NCBI GenBank assembly: GCA_973895155.1
Contig: OZ316893.1
Span: 12,044,359 to 12,108,358 of the forward strand
Reading direction: 5' to 3'
DNA: 64,000 nt
Source of the DNA: Marsupella aquatica
Taxonomy: Eukaryota; Plantae; Marchantiophyta
In this document: piece by piece, positions 61,070 to 64,000 of the stretch
Layout: every line of letters starts with the position of its first letter
Position numbering within the stretch: the stretch's first letter is position 1
The notes under the pieces: generated by a model
The model's database searches: none
The model's input: the letters and a program-made list of their open reading frames with translations, nothing else
What the model was told of the DNA's origin: nothing
Made by a program: the position numbers and the translations under genes

Positions 61070-63399
61070 ATCACACTACTGAGATTTCTACACCCCAACA
61101 AAGAGCCCGAGATCCCTACTACTAACCTTCACCTCCAGACACGTCTGTGAATGAATGGCTTGCTCTGCTGCGCTGCACTAAACTGTACTGCACTGCAAAC
61201 TAACAAGTCCAATTTCCTTCTTCCCTTTCAGAGTGGAGATGTCGTCGGCTAGTCTAACTCGACGACAGCTCGATATTCTTGCTCCTTGCCTCCTGCTGCG
61301 TTTCTTATATCTCTTGTCCTGCCTCCCTTCCTTCCTTCCTTCCTCCTCCGCCCAACAAGAAAGAGCTCCACACTCCCGCTTTTCTTGTAGTACCTCCTCG
61401 GCCTCACCTCGATCGCTCCCCCCACCAAAACACTTGCATCAATCAAAGCTTTTTTCTCCCTCCCGCACTCTCACCTCCTCACTTGATGGAATCACTCACT
61501 CCTCTGAACTCTCCATCTCTCTCCTCCACCACTTCGCTCCGACCTACTCCCTCGAATCAGGTACCCAACTACCACTCTCACTAATCAACCCCTTCTCGAC
61601 TCAATCAGCTCCACACACTCAATCAGCAGCTCTTGTCAATCAAATCAGGCACCACCCCATCCAACTCTTCCCCTCGATTTGTCGAAGTCTCCGTCGAAGT
61701 CTTCCTTCGATCAATCAATCAAACCATTATTCACGTCTTCCTTGGTGGCTCGCTCCTCAATCGCTGCTCAATCATGCCACACAGCACTAGTTCTAGTCCA
61801 TCTACCACTTCGCTCCTCTCACTCTCTTTCGCTCTCTCGTGTGCTCGGTATCTCCCAGTCCAACAAATCCTCCAGTCTATCTATAGACCGGCTTCCGACA
61901 GACAACACAATCCAAGCACAGCCACGCCACGCCAAACCGCACCATGAGACTCGTCAATCAGCAGTTCAGCACACTGATTGATTGATGAAGAAGAAGACCA
62001 ACAAGAAGACGCAGCAGAAGAAGAAGCGAGATCTCAAACAAAGAGAGAGAGGAGTCCCGAGAGAGTAGAGCGCGAGAGTGAAGGCCGATTTATTAACGAC
62101 GGCGCAAGTCTATAGTTGCGCAGGGTACGGTCCCCAGGAACCCCTCCCCCAGAAGTCCCCTCCTGGGGGTCGCCCCTCCAGTCCCCGAAACACGGCAGTC
62201 AGCGTACCCATCACCGGTCATCATTGTGGGTCCCGATCGACGGCCCTTATCGCCACCTCCTCCCCAGTTCAGACCCTCTCACCGTCGATCTCGAAACCCA
62301 CTAACTACAGTTAAGTGGAAGGCAGGCCAGTAACTCCAGAACGAAACCAGTGAAATGTGAAGTACCTTTGGGACACGCCCTGCCCTGCCCGTACTGGACT
62401 GGTCTGGAGGCCTTGTCAGCCTGTCCGGTCAGTGGGTCGGGTCGGGTCAGCTCGCTCGAGCGGTCAAACTTGGGAAATACGACCTCCACCAGTCATCAAC
62501 CTAGTGGCTCCACCGGCCCTGCCCTGCCCTGCCCGGCCCAGCCCAGCCCGCTCCCGACTTCCTTCACTCGACGCACGCTACCCGGACCGTACTGTACAGA
62601 GCGAAAGGTATGGTGGTGCCTATCCGTATTTCCGTACCCCACTCATATACTCCGACGTCTACAGGACAAGTACCTACGGTATCCCGTAACTGTATTCCGG
62701 GATTATCGTTTGCCGTCGCCCTTTAAGCTTTATTGTAATTTATTATTCTCGAAATGGCAGTTTTTCTGTAGCGAGAGACCGGCAATTTGAACCTCGGGTG
62801 GATCTTGTCTCTTTTACAATCGGGCGGACAGGAAAAAGACATCATAATGAATGGCCAATGATTCGAGGACGTGTTGACACCCTTCTTAACTTTTGACTAG
62901 TGATTGGAATGAATTGAATTTGGTTTGTTGGAAAGCTCACTTGATGCTCTTTGTTAGGTGCTAAAGCAGGTTTGAGACTTTGAATGGCTGTGAAGAAATG
63001 AAAGGTGGTCATCCATAAGATCAGTGAGATGTTGGGTTGACGTGTTCTTTTTAAAATCTTAGGTTTAAATCACTATACGAGAAAATTGTATTTGGACACA
63101 GTGTGTCCCATTTGTAAGAGCGATGCAAGCATATCAGCACACCTTGAGGTTTATCAAAGCTAAAGCCCCAACAAAGAGGAAGAAACTCAAAAGCCAAACA
63201 TGTCACCAGGACCAAATGTCATGCCGAGGGACAGTGCCGCTTGTGCACATCGGCATGTCCCTCGCATGCCCGCTAGGTATGGTTAGGGCTAGTGTACTAC
63301 TTGAGTTAGTGTCATGTTCTTGTAACGAGTCTGGGCTGTTCTTGAAGCAAAAGGGGTTTGTTAGTGTGACGCCTGGACCCGGTCCTACTTAGGGCATGT

Positions 63400-63607
63400 T
63401 TTTCTTTGCCGTTCTTCAGTTCTTCTTGAATCGCTGTGAGACAGTTTTTCAGAGGCTGCTCGTCGGTTCCGTACACGGAATTCACACAGTGATTCGTTAG
63501 ATGTTCCCGGCCGATCTTGGCATCTCGCCGGTTTTCGATTCGATTTCAGTACGTTTGTTTCTATCACGCCTTTTATTCAAGAAGAACTGACGAGTGAAGG
63601 GAAGAAG
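63400..63607 (+). ncRNA. Candidate MIRNA-like stem-loop
   Basis: A perfect 16-bp inverted repeat TCAGTTCTTCTTGAAT (63416-63431) / ATTCAAGAAGAACTGA (63575-63590), extended outward by Watson-Crick and G:U pairs and inward by GTGA/TCAC. No transposon termini seen. Confidence 0.4.
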
Positions 63608-64000
63608 ATCAGAAACGCTGTGTTTCTCAATTGCTCGCGACGGTCAACACTTTCCGTCGACAGCAGCGCAATTTCTTTGAAGAAAAATCTAGTGATGGAG
63701 TTAGAGTTAGATTTTTCTTTGTATACACATCACTTATGTGTATACACTTAAATTTGCGGACCAGCGGAGTACACACAGGAGGAGACGAGGGGAGCGCTTC
63801 TCACTTTCCGGGAGGTTTTGCATTTTCAGGGGGGCCTTTTCGCCCCTTCTCTTGATCCTTCTTTTCTTGCTGCCTGGCAGCTGGAGGCCGCACCTTTGTG
63901 TATGCACACGGCCAAGGGGGCGACCACGCACATAGGGCCGCACGCCCATGTTACCCACTCCGGACGTTTTTCTTTCTCTCCTACCGGCCTCCCCGTCCTG

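Noticed and set aside
61233-61981. Plus-strand S/L/P-rich ORFs of 100-185 aa
   Set aside because: They are antisense to the GA-rich leader of the VQ gene; composition explains the lack of stops.

Overview
Eukaryotic nuclear DNA from a land plant. A bryophyte or other seed-free lineage is likely, inferred from the long GA/CT-rich leaders, GT-AG introns and the presence of CRE-type and Sola-type transposons. Five intact protein-coding genes can be rebuilt by hand: a 7-exon PTI1/MARIS-type receptor-like cytoplasmic kinase (+, 13294-15845), a 3-exon plastid-targeted LEA/COR15-like protein under an ABRE/RY-rich promoter (+, 23404-24716), a secreted SOUL heme-binding protein (+, 32221-33671), a 3-exon BSD-domain protein (+, 38714-44247) and an intronless HAIKU1/VQ9-type VQ-motif protein (-, 60170-61069). 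The intergenic space is mostly decayed mobile DNA. It holds L1-like LINE pieces, five LTR copies of one Copia-like family (two perfect solo LTRs with 5-bp TSDs, one with a tRNA-iMet PBS), a second solo LTR, an RLE-type (CRE-like) retrotransposon, a Sola2-like transposase relic, Helitron-like 3' ends, MITEs, SINE-like copies and several tandem arrays. The items most worth checking are a MIRNA-like hairpin near 63.5 kb, a spliced uORF in the kinase leader, a tandem array of hairpin-forming units, and two decayed host-gene fragments inside the BSD intron. No clearly new multi-gene system is evident. All family calls come from motif recognition by eye, not database searches.
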